Assembly (NCBI GenBank): GCA_944388045.1
Contig: CALXHG010000002.1
Span: forward strand, 905 to 64,904
Direction: 5' to 3'
DNA length: 64,000 bases
Source: an uncultured Clostridia bacterium
GTDB taxonomy: Bacteria > Bacillota > Clostridia > TANB77 > CAG-508
Shown: positions 33,591-43,511 of the stretch, piece by piece
Layout: each line of letters opens with the position of its first letter
Position numbering within the stretch: the stretch's first letter is position 1
Program-made: the position numbers and the translations under genes
Notes under the pieces: model-generated
What the model was told of the DNA's origin: nothing
Seen by the model: the letters and a program-made list of their open reading frames with translations, nothing else
The model's database searches: none

Positions 33591-34433
33591 ATGAAAATAA
33601 ATAAGTATATAAAATTAGATAATTTAAATAATAACAATAATAATTTAATAAAATACATACCACTTAAATTTAAAATCATATTTTTTATATTAGTAATTTT
33701 AATAATTGTTATAACAATATTCTTAATAAATAAAGTAATTCAAATAAAAAAAATTATGCAAAAATATGAATTATATGATGGCACAAATTTAGATGAAGAA
33801 AAATACCCTGGTTATAAAGAATTAATAGATAATTTGCAAGCAAGTCACCCTAATTGGACATTTACATTATTTTATACAAAACTTGACTGGGAAGAAGTAA
33901 TAGCAAATGAAGGGCATTCAGACACGAGAAAAAAACCATTAAATTTAATTCCAGATTCATCTAAATATCCAGATGACTGGAGATGTGAAATTGACAAAGA
34001 AAAAAGGTTTGATAATGGAACATGGCTTTGTGCCTCTGATAAAGCAATAAAATATCAAATGGATCCAAGAAATATATTAAATGATGATAATATTTTTCAA
34101 TTTGCAGAATTAAAATATACAGAAGGAGCTCAAACAGTAGAAGGAATAAAATCACTTACAGAAAATTCATTTTTAGCCGGAGATAGTATAGCAGAAGCAT
34201 TATTACAAGCAGGAAAAAATGCAAATTTAGATACATTATATCTACAAAAATTTGATGTAGTAAAACAAGATAATATTTTATATACACATCAATATATGCA
34301 AAATTTATTAGCATCAAAATCAGAAGCAAGTAATATGAAAAAAATATATGAAGCTTCTGTAACTGTAGATACAAACTTAAACTTTATAATACCATTAGAT
34401 GAAAATATGCCTGAAGAAGTTTCAGAGTACTAG
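33591..34433 (+). pseudogene. Paralog of the 37162 glucosaminidase-domain gene with an in-frame 83-codon deletion that removes the catalytic domain
   Basis: Aligns with 37162-38253 from the promoter onwards, but ..GKNANLD joins directly to TLYLQKFD.. . The probable start is ATG 33591, not the ORF-track 33513. Confidence 0.6.
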
Positions 34434-34491
34434 AAATTACAGATTTATAAAGTAGTTTTTAATACAAAAATAATAAGGGGAAATAAATGAT

Positions 34492-35335
34492 ATGAAAAAA
34501 TTTGTAAAAATCTTAGGTATTAGTTTACTAGTAATATTGATTGTAGCAATTATACTTTTTGCTGTTGGTTATATTATTATAAAGAACTATATGGAAACAA
34601 TAAAAGGAGTTGTAGTAAAAGTAAATGATAATAGCATGTTAGTTATGGGAATAACAGACAATTTAAGTGGACTTATGTCTGTGGGTTTTACAGACGAAGG
34701 AAACATTGGTTATAAGCAAGGACAAGAAATATCAATAAAATTTGACGGAACCATAATGGAAAGTTATCCTGCACAATTAGGCAATGTTGAAAAAATCAAG
34801 ATAACTCAAGAAAAAAGTGATGTAGAAATACCAGAAAGTATATTAAGATATTGTTATAGTTCAAAAGATAATGTATATGTTACTTTATTAGACTTAACAA
34901 GTAAAGGAATATCAATAATAATAGATGATTTAAATGAATATCCATATGATTTTTTTGAAAATTATATAATTCGTAAAAAAGTAAAAAATGAAAACTATAC
35001 AGGTGTTGGACAAAAAATAGGAGAAGACACTGAAAATTCTACTTCTGGATTTACTCGGTACTGGAACTGAATATATATGGGAAAAATTAGAAAAAATTTC
35101 AGATGTTTCAAAAAAAGATACAATGGAAGAATTAGAATTTGATTTGCCAAATACTACAGATGAAGAAAGCATAAAAACTAGTGAAAGAAGAATTAATTGG
35201 GAACCATTATATGGAGAATTATCACAAGGAGAATATGGAATAACTTTACTTGGAAATAGTTCACCTATTATAAATATAAACTTTACAATTGATGAAAATG
35301 GAAATGTATCATATGGGGAATCTACAATTGAGTAA
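34492..35335 (+). pseudogene. Membrane-anchored hypothetical protein split by a +1 frameshift at CGG 35056-35058 (pseudogene or recoded gene)
   Basis: ORFs 34492-35070 and 35123-35335. The +1 frame is open from 35021. Reading ..TSGFT then GGT ACT GGA.. gives one continuous ~280-aa protein. Confidence 0.6.
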
Positions 35336-35493
35336 AATATCACTTATCTATAATATATAGGTAAGTGCTTTTTATTTAGATAAATTATTTTTATATAAAA
35401 AAATAAAAGTATAATTTTAAAAGTTATTTTTATATACAAAAATAACTTGACAAAACACATGAAAAATTCTATAATAAATATAGGTGATGAAAA

Positions 35494-36690
35494 ATGTTAA
35501 AAAGAGAACTATATTTGAAAAGAATTAGAGACTTTTATGATAGTGACTTAATAAAAATTTTAGTAGGAATTCGTAGATGTGGAAAATCCGTTATTTTAGA
35601 ACAAATAATAGGAGAATTAAAAAATAAAGGAATAAATGAAGATCATATTATATATGTTAATTTTGAATTTATAGAATTTGAAGAACTAACAGATTATAAA
35701 AAGTTAAATAATTATATTAAAGAAAAAATAAAAGACAGTTCAATGTATTATTTATTTTTTGATGAAATTCAAAATGTAGATAAGTTTGAAAAGGTAGTAA
35801 ATTCTTTAAGAGCATCTCAAAAAGTAAGTATATTTATTACTGGTTCTAATAGTAGGCTTCTATCAGAAGAGTTATCTACAATACTTTCCGGAAGATATGT
35901 AAGTTTTAAAATAAATCCTCTATCATATAAGGAAGTACTACAATTAAAATGTTTAGAAAAATCAACAGATGAAACATTTCAAGATTTTATGAAATGGGGA
36001 AGTTTACCCAACAGATTTCAATTTCAAAATGAAGAGGCAATAAAGAACTATTTATATGGAGTTTTTGATTCTATCATATTAAGAGATGTTGTTGAAAGAT
36101 TAAAAATTAGAGATACATCATTATTTAATTTAATTTTACAGTATATTATAGACACAATTGGTAGAGAATTTTCGGCTGAAAATATTATAAATTTCTTAAA
36201 AAATGAAGGCAGGGAAGTTTCAACTTTAACCATATATTCTTATATAGAAGCTTTATGTAAATCCTTGCTAATAAGAAAAGTTTACAGATATGATGTTCAT
36301 GGAAAAGCAGTTTTAAAAACATTAAATAAATATTATGTTACAGATTTAGGAATTGCACAAATAAAAAATAGTAAAACAGAAATAGATAAAAGTTATGCAA
36401 TTGAAAATATTGTATACAATGAATTAATAATAAAAGGATATGAAGTATATACAGGAAAAACAAGAAAGGGAGAAATAGATTTTGTGGCAACCAAGCCAAA
36501 CAAGAAAATCTATATACAAGTAGCTTTTAGTATATCAAATGAAGAAACAAAAAAAAGAGAATTTGGGGCATATGATAATATTAGAGATAACTATCCTAAA
36601 TATGTTATAACTTTAGATAAATTTAACTTTGAGTACAACGGAATAAAACATATTAACTTGATAGATTTTTTACTAGATGATAAATTTTAA
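35494..36690 (+). CDS. AAA+ ATPase of the AAA_14/DUF4143 family (ATPase plus C-terminal nuclease-like module)
   Basis: Walker A GIRRCGKSV, Walker B YLFFDEIQ, ITGSNS, C-terminal GEIDFVA...IYIQVA. About 45% identical by eye to 54774-55973. Confidence 0.8.
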   Translation: MLKRELYLKRIRDFYDSDLIKILVGIRRCGKSVILEQIIGELKNKGINEDHIIYVNFEFIEFEELTDYKKLNNYIKEKIKDSSMYYLFFDEIQNVDKFEKVVNSLRASQKVSIFITGSNSRLLSEELSTILSGRYVSFKINPLSYKEVLQLKCLEKSTDETFQDFMKWGSLPNRFQFQNEEAIKNYLYGVFDSIILRDVVERLKIRDTSLFNLILQYIIDTIGREFSAENIINFLKNEGREVSTLTIYSYIEALCKSLLIRKVYRYDVHGKAVLKTLNKYYVTDLGIAQIKNSKTEIDKSYAIENIVYNELIIKGYEVYTGKTRKGEIDFVATKPNKKIYIQVAFSISNEETKKREFGAYDNIRDNYPKYVITLDKFNFEYNGIKHINLIDFLLDDKF

Positions 36691-36739
36691 AAAGTAAAAT
36701 AGAAACTAAAAATGTACTGAACATAAAAATTTCACATTT

Positions 36740-37096
36740 TATTTTGTGCGGGGTCGGTCCCTTTTTTGTCTGGGGTCGGTCCTAAAATAAACCAATATAT
36801 AAATTGTTTTTTATACCTTGTGTGTCGCAACCTACAAAAGAACTTTAATAAGTAAGTTGCTCCAAATCGCATTCGCTACGCTCATTTGGTCGCTTACGCG
36901 GTATTGCAAAACACTTTATATATTGGTTTATTTTAGGACCGACCCCAGCAACAAAAGGGACCGACCCCAATAGCCAATGCCAAGCACAAAAAAGGACCGA
37001 CCCCAACACAAGGGCGACCTCGACATGGAGAATATCAAAAAGAGAACCGGCACCAAATTGTCCCAACAAGAGAAAGGGCAAAAAGAGAACCGGCAC
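36740..37096. repeat. Family B composite palindrome b1: GC-cluster units plus perfect 32-bp inverted repeats around a 111-bp core
   Basis: IR-L 36762-36793 GGGGTCGGTCCTAAAATAAACCAATATATAAA. IR-R 36905-36936 is its exact complement. Core 36794-36904. Extra GGGACCGACCCC units and two AGAGAACCGGCACC units lie on the right. Confidence 0.85.
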
Positions 37097-37161
37097 CAAA
37101 TTTGCCATAAAAAATCAAAAACTACTATCATTTAAAAAATTATTATGTTATAATACTTAAT

Positions 37162-38253
37162 ATGAAAATAGAAAAATATATAAAATTAGATAATTTAAAT
37201 AATAACAATAATAATTTAATAAAATCTATACCAATCAAATTAAAAATCATATTTTTTATAATTATAATTGTAATAATTTCGATTATAATATTCTTTATAA
37301 ACAAAGCAATTCAAGCAGAAAAAATTAGACAAAAATATGAATTATATGATGGTACAAATTTAGATGAAGAAATATATCCAGGATATAAGGAATTAATAGA
37401 TAATTTAAAAAATACACATCCGAATTGGACATTTACACTTTTCTATACAAAGCTAGATTGGGAAGAGGTAATTTCAAATGAAGGGCATTCTGACTTTAGA
37501 AAAAATCCATTAAATTTAATACCAGAATCATCAAATTATCCAGAAGACTGGAGATGTGAGAAAGATAAAGACAAAAGATTTGATAATGGTACATGGATGT
37601 GTGCTTCAGATAAGGCAATAAAGTATATAATGGATCCAAGAAATATATTAAATGAAGAAAATATATTCCAATTTGCTGAATTAAAATACACAGAAGGAGC
37701 GCAAACAGAAGAAGGAATAAAATCTCTAACAGATGGAACATTTTTAGAAGGTGATGAAATTGCTCAAGCATTAATTCAGGCTGGAAAAAACGCAAATTTA
37801 GATTCTTATTTTATTACAGCAAGACTAATACAAGAACAAGGCAGAAAAGGTACAACTTTATCAAAAGGATATGAATACAATGGAAAAACAGTATATAATC
37901 CATTTAATATAAGAGCAACTGGAAATTCAAAAGAAGAGATATTACAAAATGCAGCACAATATGCATATGAACAAGGATGGGATTCTTTAGATAAAGCTCT
38001 AATTGGTGGAGTGGAGTTTGTTAAAACAGGATATATAAATGTTGGACAAAATACATTATATTTACAAAAATTTGATGTTGTAAAACAAGGTGATAGCCTA
38101 TATACACATCAATATATGCAAAATTTATTAGCAGCAAAATCTGAAGCAAGTAATATGAGAGAAATTTATGAAGCTTCAAATACTGTTGATACAAATTTGA
38201 ATTTTATTATACCAATATATGAAAACATGCCAACGCAAATTTCAGAGGAATAG
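37162..38253 (+). CDS. Membrane-anchored mannosyl-glycoprotein endo-beta-N-acetylglucosaminidase-domain protein (peptidoglycan hydrolase)
   Basis: N-terminal TM helix. Glucosaminidase-type segment ..YFITARLIQEQG....YNPFNI.A......A..YA...GW.....I.GG..F....Y...GQNTLYLQKF. An extended -10 TGTTATAAT ends 7 nt before the ATG and no SD is present, so the mRNA may be leaderless. Confidence 0.7.
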   Translation: MKIEKYIKLDNLNNNNNNLIKSIPIKLKIIFFIIIIVIISIIIFFINKAIQAEKIRQKYELYDGTNLDEEIYPGYKELIDNLKNTHPNWTFTLFYTKLDWEEVISNEGHSDFRKNPLNLIPESSNYPEDWRCEKDKDKRFDNGTWMCASDKAIKYIMDPRNILNEENIFQFAELKYTEGAQTEEGIKSLTDGTFLEGDEIAQALIQAGKNANLDSYFITARLIQEQGRKGTTLSKGYEYNGKTVYNPFNIRATGNSKEEILQNAAQYAYEQGWDSLDKALIGGVEFVKTGYINVGQNTLYLQKFDVVKQGDSLYTHQYMQNLLAAKSEASNMREIYEASNTVDTNLNFIIPIYENMPTQISEE

Positions 38254-38270
38254 AAAGGAATTGAATTTAT

Positions 38271-38762
38271 ATGAAAGTTATTTTTTTAGATATTGATGGT
38301 GTATTAAATTCAGACGAATATATTCATAAAGCAAGAAAATTAGGCTTTAAAGGAATAGAAGAAGAAATTGATATAGAAAAAGTAGAATTATTAAAAAAAG
38401 CTGTAGAACAAACTGGAGCCAGAGTTGTTTTAAGTTCTTCTTGGAGATTAACAAATAATTTGTCCAAAGTTAGAGATTTATTTGCTAGATATGGAATTTA
38501 TTTAGATACAACACCTTTTATTGACAATAAGAGAGGAATTGAAATAAAAAAATGGTTACAAGATAACCAAGGAGTAGAAGATTATGTAATTTTAGATGAT
38601 GTAATTTTCGATTCTTTTGATGATTTATTATTAAAAAAATTAATAAAAATATCTAATGGTAATGGACTAAATTTAGGGGAAGGATTATCTGCAAAAGATG
38701 TTGAAGATGTAATAGAAAGACTTGGAAGAAATAAAATTAAAACATTTGAAGAAGAAAGATGA
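38271..38762 (+). CDS. HAD-like small phosphatase-fold protein
   Basis: N-terminal KVIFLDIDGVLNS (DxDG nucleophile motif), ..VLSSSWR.., ..ILDD. Confidence 0.55.
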   Translation: MKVIFLDIDGVLNSDEYIHKARKLGFKGIEEEIDIEKVELLKKAVEQTGARVVLSSSWRLTNNLSKVRDLFARYGIYLDTTPFIDNKRGIEIKKWLQDNQGVEDYVILDDVIFDSFDDLLLKKLIKISNGNGLNLGEGLSAKDVEDVIERLGRNKIKTFEEER

Positions 38763-38824
38763 AGTTGATGTTTAGAACATTTTAATCAAAGAGAAAAATA
38801 TTAAAGAAAATAGGAGGGACAAAA

Positions 38825-39547
38825 ATGATTGAAATAAAAAATGTTTCAAAATCTTATGTGAAAGGAAAAAAGTCAGTAGATAACTTAAATCTTGAAATTA
38901 AAAATGGAGAAATATTTGGTTTTTTAGGACCAAATGGAGCAGGAAAAACAACAACAATAAGAATGATAACAGGAATACTAAATATTGACGAGGGAGATAT
39001 TTTAATAGATGGAAAAAACATCAAAAAAGAGCCATTAGAAGCAAAGAAAAATTTTGGATTTGTGCCAGACAGTCCAGATATGTTCCTAAAGCTAAAAGGA
39101 ATAGAATATTTAATGTTTATGGCAGATGTATATGATGTACCACAAGAAAAAAGAAAAGAGAAAATTGAAGAACTAACAAAAAAATTTGAAATATATAATC
39201 AACTAAATAATCAAATACAAAGTTATTCACATGGTATGAGGCAAAAAATAGTAATCTGTGGTGCATTACTTTCAGAACCTAAAAACTGGATATTAGATGA
39301 GCCAATGACTGGTCTAGATCCGAAATCATCTTATGATTTAAAAGAAATGATGAGAGAACACGCAAAGTCAGGAAAAACAGTATTTTTCTCAACACATATA
39401 TTAGAAGTTGCAGAAAAATTATGTGATAGAGTTGGAATTATCAATAAAGGAAAATTAGTATTTGTAGGAACATTTGAAGAAATGAAGCAAAAATTCAAAG
39501 AAAACGCATCATTAGAGGACTTATTCTTGGAAATAACAGAAAAATAA
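38825..39547 (+). CDS. ABC transporter ATP-binding protein
   Basis: Walker A GPNGAGKTT, signature YSHGMRQK, Walker B ILDEPMTGLD. Confidence 0.9.
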   Translation: MIEIKNVSKSYVKGKKSVDNLNLEIKNGEIFGFLGPNGAGKTTTIRMITGILNIDEGDILIDGKNIKKEPLEAKKNFGFVPDSPDMFLKLKGIEYLMFMADVYDVPQEKRKEKIEELTKKFEIYNQLNNQIQSYSHGMRQKIVICGALLSEPKNWILDEPMTGLDPKSSYDLKEMMREHAKSGKTVFFSTHILEVAEKLCDRVGIINKGKLVFVGTFEEMKQKFKENASLEDLFLEITEK

Positions 39548-39568
39548 TATGGGAAAGGAAGAAAAAAT

Positions 39569-41230
39569 ATGGATAAAGTAATAAAATTAACAAAAATATT
39601 TTTAAAAAATTCCTTTTCTAATATGGATGCTAGAATGGGAATTTCAACAAAATCAAAAAGCAAAATTATAGTTTATGGATTATTATTTTTATATTTTGCA
39701 GGATTGATTATATTTCTAGGATATAACTTATTAGATGGACTAATTGCAATACATCAAGAAACAATATTTGTAGGTATGATATTATTTATGATATTTGGAC
39801 TAGCAATTGTTCAAACAATATTTTCAAGTATAAATATTTTATACTTCACAAAAGATAGTGAATACTTATTACCACTTCCATTAAAGCCATATCAAATTAT
39901 ACTTGCAAGAACAAATGTAATGATAATTGCTGAATATTTAATTATATTTTTAGTAGGATTTATCCCTCTTGTAATGTATGGAATATTAACTGGGGCTGGA
40001 ATCATATATTACTTAATAATGACTTTAGCAGTTATTTTATTACCTATATTACCAGTATTATTGATTAGCATGCTTGTTATGTTTATTATGAGTTTTGCAA
40101 AACTTACAAAAAATAGAAACAAATTTCAGTTATTTGCTATGCTATTAATTTTAGCAATTATTATGGCTATTTCCATTTCAACTAGTGGAATGAAACAAGA
40201 TTTAACAAATGAAGAAATGGCACAAATGGTAGTACAGGCAAATGGAATGATAGAATTAGTAAAAGGATATATTCCAACTGTAGATTATTTAATTGAAGCA
40301 TTAACAACAAACTCTTTATTTACAGCAATAGTAGAAGTATTAAAAACATTAGGAATTACAATACTAGGATTTATTGTTTATATGTTAATTGCTCAAAAAA
40401 TATATTTTAAAGGTTTAGTAGGAAATTTATTTGGAGGGGGAGCATCTAACACCAATAAAGAAATAAATCAAAAAGAATATAAAAATAGTAAATTATATAA
40501 AAGTTATGTAGGAAAAGAATTTAAAAATATGGCAAGAAATCCAGTATTTTTAATGCAATGTTTAATACCAGCAGTATTAATACCAATTATAATGGTTGTA
40601 GTAGTTTTTGCTGGATTTAATAGTGATGGAATGGGATTAGAGCAAATAAAACAAATGGTACAACAAATACCTACAAATACATTTTTTATTGCTTGTATCA
40701 TTTTGTGTGTTATACAATTTTTTACAATGTTTATATATGTTTCAATTACAGCAATATCAAGAGATGGAGAAAATGCAGTATTTATAAAATATATACCTGT
40801 ATCATTATATAAGCAATATATTTATAAAATAATTCCAAATATTATAATGAATATTGTAACAATATTAGTTACACTTGGAATGGCAGAATATCTTTTAAAT
40901 TTACCTGTTATAACTTTAATTGCATTATTTGTAGTTGCAACTATAATGGGAATATTGCAAAGTATAGCAATGATTATTGTAGATTTAAAAAGACCAAAAT
41001 TAAACTGGGATTCTGAATATGCAGTTGCAAAACAAAATTTAAATTTAGTTTTTCCAGTATTACTTTCAATGATTAATATTGCAATATTAATAGGTTTACT
41101 ATTTTTATTAAATAATATTAATGTATATATTGGAATTGGAATAGTAGGAATTTTATATATAATAGCAACATTTATAACAAATAAGTATCTTTATAATAAG
41201 CAATATGAATTAGCAGATAAAATAATATGA
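39569..41230 (+). CDS. Polytopic membrane protein, putative permease partner of the ABC ATPase
   Basis: 553 aa with about 12 hydrophobic segments, 21 nt downstream of the ATPase gene. Confidence 0.6.
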   Translation: MDKVIKLTKIFLKNSFSNMDARMGISTKSKSKIIVYGLLFLYFAGLIIFLGYNLLDGLIAIHQETIFVGMILFMIFGLAIVQTIFSSINILYFTKDSEYLLPLPLKPYQIILARTNVMIIAEYLIIFLVGFIPLVMYGILTGAGIIYYLIMTLAVILLPILPVLLISMLVMFIMSFAKLTKNRNKFQLFAMLLILAIIMAISISTSGMKQDLTNEEMAQMVVQANGMIELVKGYIPTVDYLIEALTTNSLFTAIVEVLKTLGITILGFIVYMLIAQKIYFKGLVGNLFGGGASNTNKEINQKEYKNSKLYKSYVGKEFKNMARNPVFLMQCLIPAVLIPIIMVVVVFAGFNSDGMGLEQIKQMVQQIPTNTFFIACIILCVIQFFTMFIYVSITAISRDGENAVFIKYIPVSLYKQYIYKIIPNIIMNIVTILVTLGMAEYLLNLPVITLIALFVVATIMGILQSIAMIIVDLKRPKLNWDSEYAVAKQNLNLVFPVLLSMINIAILIGLLFLLNNINVYIGIGIVGILYIIATFITNKYLYNKQYELADKII

Positions 41231-41284
41231 TTTTTATAGATAACTTACAATTTTTCCGCAAGCTTAAAACTTTTTTCAAAAAAA

Positions 41285-41365
41285 GGGAATGTACTACTTA
41301 CATGAGTAAAATACAAAAAATATTTGTAAAAATATTACACAAATAAAAAATAATGTGATAAAATA
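41285..41365 (+). repeat. Left copy of the duplicated yebC promoter region (direct repeat of 44996-45079)
   Basis: About 80% identity over ~80 bp (..ACATGAGTA.AA..CAAA.AATATTTGTAAAAA..), including the extended -10 TGATAAAAT (41356-41364 and 45070-45078). Confidence 0.7.
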
Positions 41366-41562
41366 ATTTAGGATTTTTGTTTAAGATAAGGAGGTAAGAG
41401 TATGTCTCGGACACAGTAAATGACACAATATTGAAAATTCTTTCCTTACAGCCTCAACGGTTTCGAAAAACGAATAAATGCTTTTGGCACAATTTTGGCA
41501 CAATTCGTTAAACAAAGAACCATAAAGAACAATAATTAAAATGATTAATATAGAAAAAAAGT

Positions 41563-41614
41563 AAACCATAATCTTTATAATATTTATAAAAAGATTATGG
41601 TTTAAATCTTTTTT
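41563..41614 (+). terminator. Rho-independent terminator
   Basis: AAACCATAATCTTT / AAAGATTATGGTTT stem followed by AAATCTTTTTT. Confidence 0.65.
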
Positions 41615-41928
41615 AGATATCAACAAAACTATACAAATATAAATTGTATATTGTTAAAGTTTAAAATTTAGAAGAATATAATTGTTGTTTAAAACAAAAA
41701 TATATTTTAAAAGTTTAATATCAATGAATTAAAACTAAATAAAAGTTTATAATAAATGATATAATTTATAAAAAAATTAAACTAATTGTCGGAAAAAAAT
41801 TGATTTTGTCCTACAATTAATAAAATATATGTCTATAAAACCAAAGAAGTAAAAAATGCAAATATATATGGAAGAAAATAGAAAAGCATGATATAATATG
41901 GAAGTAAAAAATATAAAGGAGAAAATCA

Positions 41929-43402
41929 ATGGAAGGTTCTAAAATTAATTCTATATTAACTATTGAATATATGTGTAATGAAAAAGAAAATCAATTTTTT
42001 GATAGAAAAAGTGCTAAAAAAGATATAAAAGAGTTGGCAAATCATATAGCCGGATTTGCTAATGCTAGTGGTGGAACTTTAGTTATAGGAATTTCAGATG
42101 ATGGAAAGTTAGAGGGATTTGAAGAATGTCCTGAAAAGTATAATAAATTTTTAAAGATTACTTCTGGAGATTATCTAAAAACTATGCCTAAATTTGAAAA
42201 CGAAACAATAAACATAATAAATTACAAAGGTAATAAAGACAAGATTTTATTAATACACATTAGTCCTAGTATAAATACTTTAATAAGAAATGTAAAAGAT
42301 GAAGTGTATTTAAGACAAGGAGATTCAACAAATAAATTATCTTCTGAACAAGTTAAAATAATAGAATTAGATAGACATGAAATATCATTTGAGGAACAAT
42401 TAAATACTAGGTCGAGTATAGATGATATAGATTTAGATATGGTAGAAATATATAAAAATGCAATAAGTGCAAATGAACAAGATTTATTAGATATTTTACG
42501 TGCTAGAAGATTTTTAATAAAAGACGATATAACAAGAAAGGAATGTCTTACTAATGCTGGAACGCTACTTTTTGCAAAAGATCCATCATTATTTTTTCCA
42601 ACTGCTAGAGTTAGAGTAATAAAATTTGAAGGTAAAGAAATGCAGACAGGAGCAGATTTAAACATAGTAAAGGACAAAACTTTTGCTATGCCAATATATA
42701 AACAAATTAAAGAATCTCAAAAATTTGTAGATACACAACTTAGAGAATTTACACATTTAGGTACTGATGGTGAATTCGTAACAGTACCTGAATATCCTAA
42801 ATTTGCGTGGGAAGAACGGAATAACTAATGCTGTGACTCACAGAAACTATGCAATTAGTGGGGAGCATACAAAAATATTTATTTATGACGACAGAATGGA
42901 GATTGTGAGTCCGGGTGACTTACCAGGAATCGTTACTATAAACAATATTAAAGAAAAACGTTATGCACGTAATCCTATAATATCAAGAACATTAACAGAA
43001 CTTGGAGTTGTTAAGGAATTAAACGAAGGTGTTTCAAGAATTTATAGGGAAATGAGCGAGTTTTTTCTGGAAGATCCAATATACATAGAAGAAAAAGGTG
43101 TTTCATTAAAGTTAATATTAAAAAACAATATAGTAATGAGAAGTAAAAGAAAGAATGAATTACTGTTAAAAAATACAAAAATTAATTCCGTATGGAATAA
43201 TTTAAATGCAATGGAACAAAAGGTATTACAAATTATATTTGATAAAGGAGATGTTAAACCTTCTCAAATATGTGAAATTATAAATAGGGATAAAAGAACT
43301 GTTCAAAGAGTATTAAAGAGTTTAGTTGACAATAATTTAATAGAATGGTTTGGAACATCTATTAAAGATCCTAAAAAAGTTTATAGAATCAAAAATAATT
43401 AA
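41929..43402 (+). pseudogene. AlbA_2 (Schlafen-like) plus HATPase_c_4 plus wHTH putative transcriptional regulator, split by a +1 frameshift at CGG 42817-42819
   Basis: N-terminus: E....FDRKSA.....LA..I.GFANASGGTLVIGISDDG. The junction ..EYPKFAWEE | GITNAVTHRNY rebuilds the family motif (..A.REA..NA..HR.Y). The C-terminus is wHTH-like. Confidence 0.75.
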
Positions 43403-43410
43403 TTTTGCAT

Positions 43411-43465
43411 TTTGTCGCACCTTTGTCGTATGTTTGTCGCACCTTTGTCGTATGTTTGTCGCAAG
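43411..43465 (+). promoter_or_regulatory. Five phased TTTGTCG repeats (11-bp period); candidate operator or iteron
   Basis: TTTGTCGCACC TTTGTCGTATG TTTGTCGCACC TTTGTCGTATG TTTGTCGCAAG, between the regulator stop and the phosphoesterase gene. Related (A/T)TTGTC(G/C) pair upstream of the regulator at 41785-41811. Confidence 0.5.
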
Positions 43466-43511
43466 AACAGATATAAAATAGTACAATATATCAAAAAATA
43501 GGAGAATAATA

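Noticed and set aside
41485-41500. Sigma-54 promoter (TGGCACAATTTTGGCA satisfies GG-N10-GC); second copy at 45156-45171 reads TGGTAC..
   Set aside because: The -12 element is TGGC instead of TTGC. The second copy degrades the -24 box. No enhancer-binding protein or obvious target gene is present. It is more likely a direct-repeat protein site or an element end.
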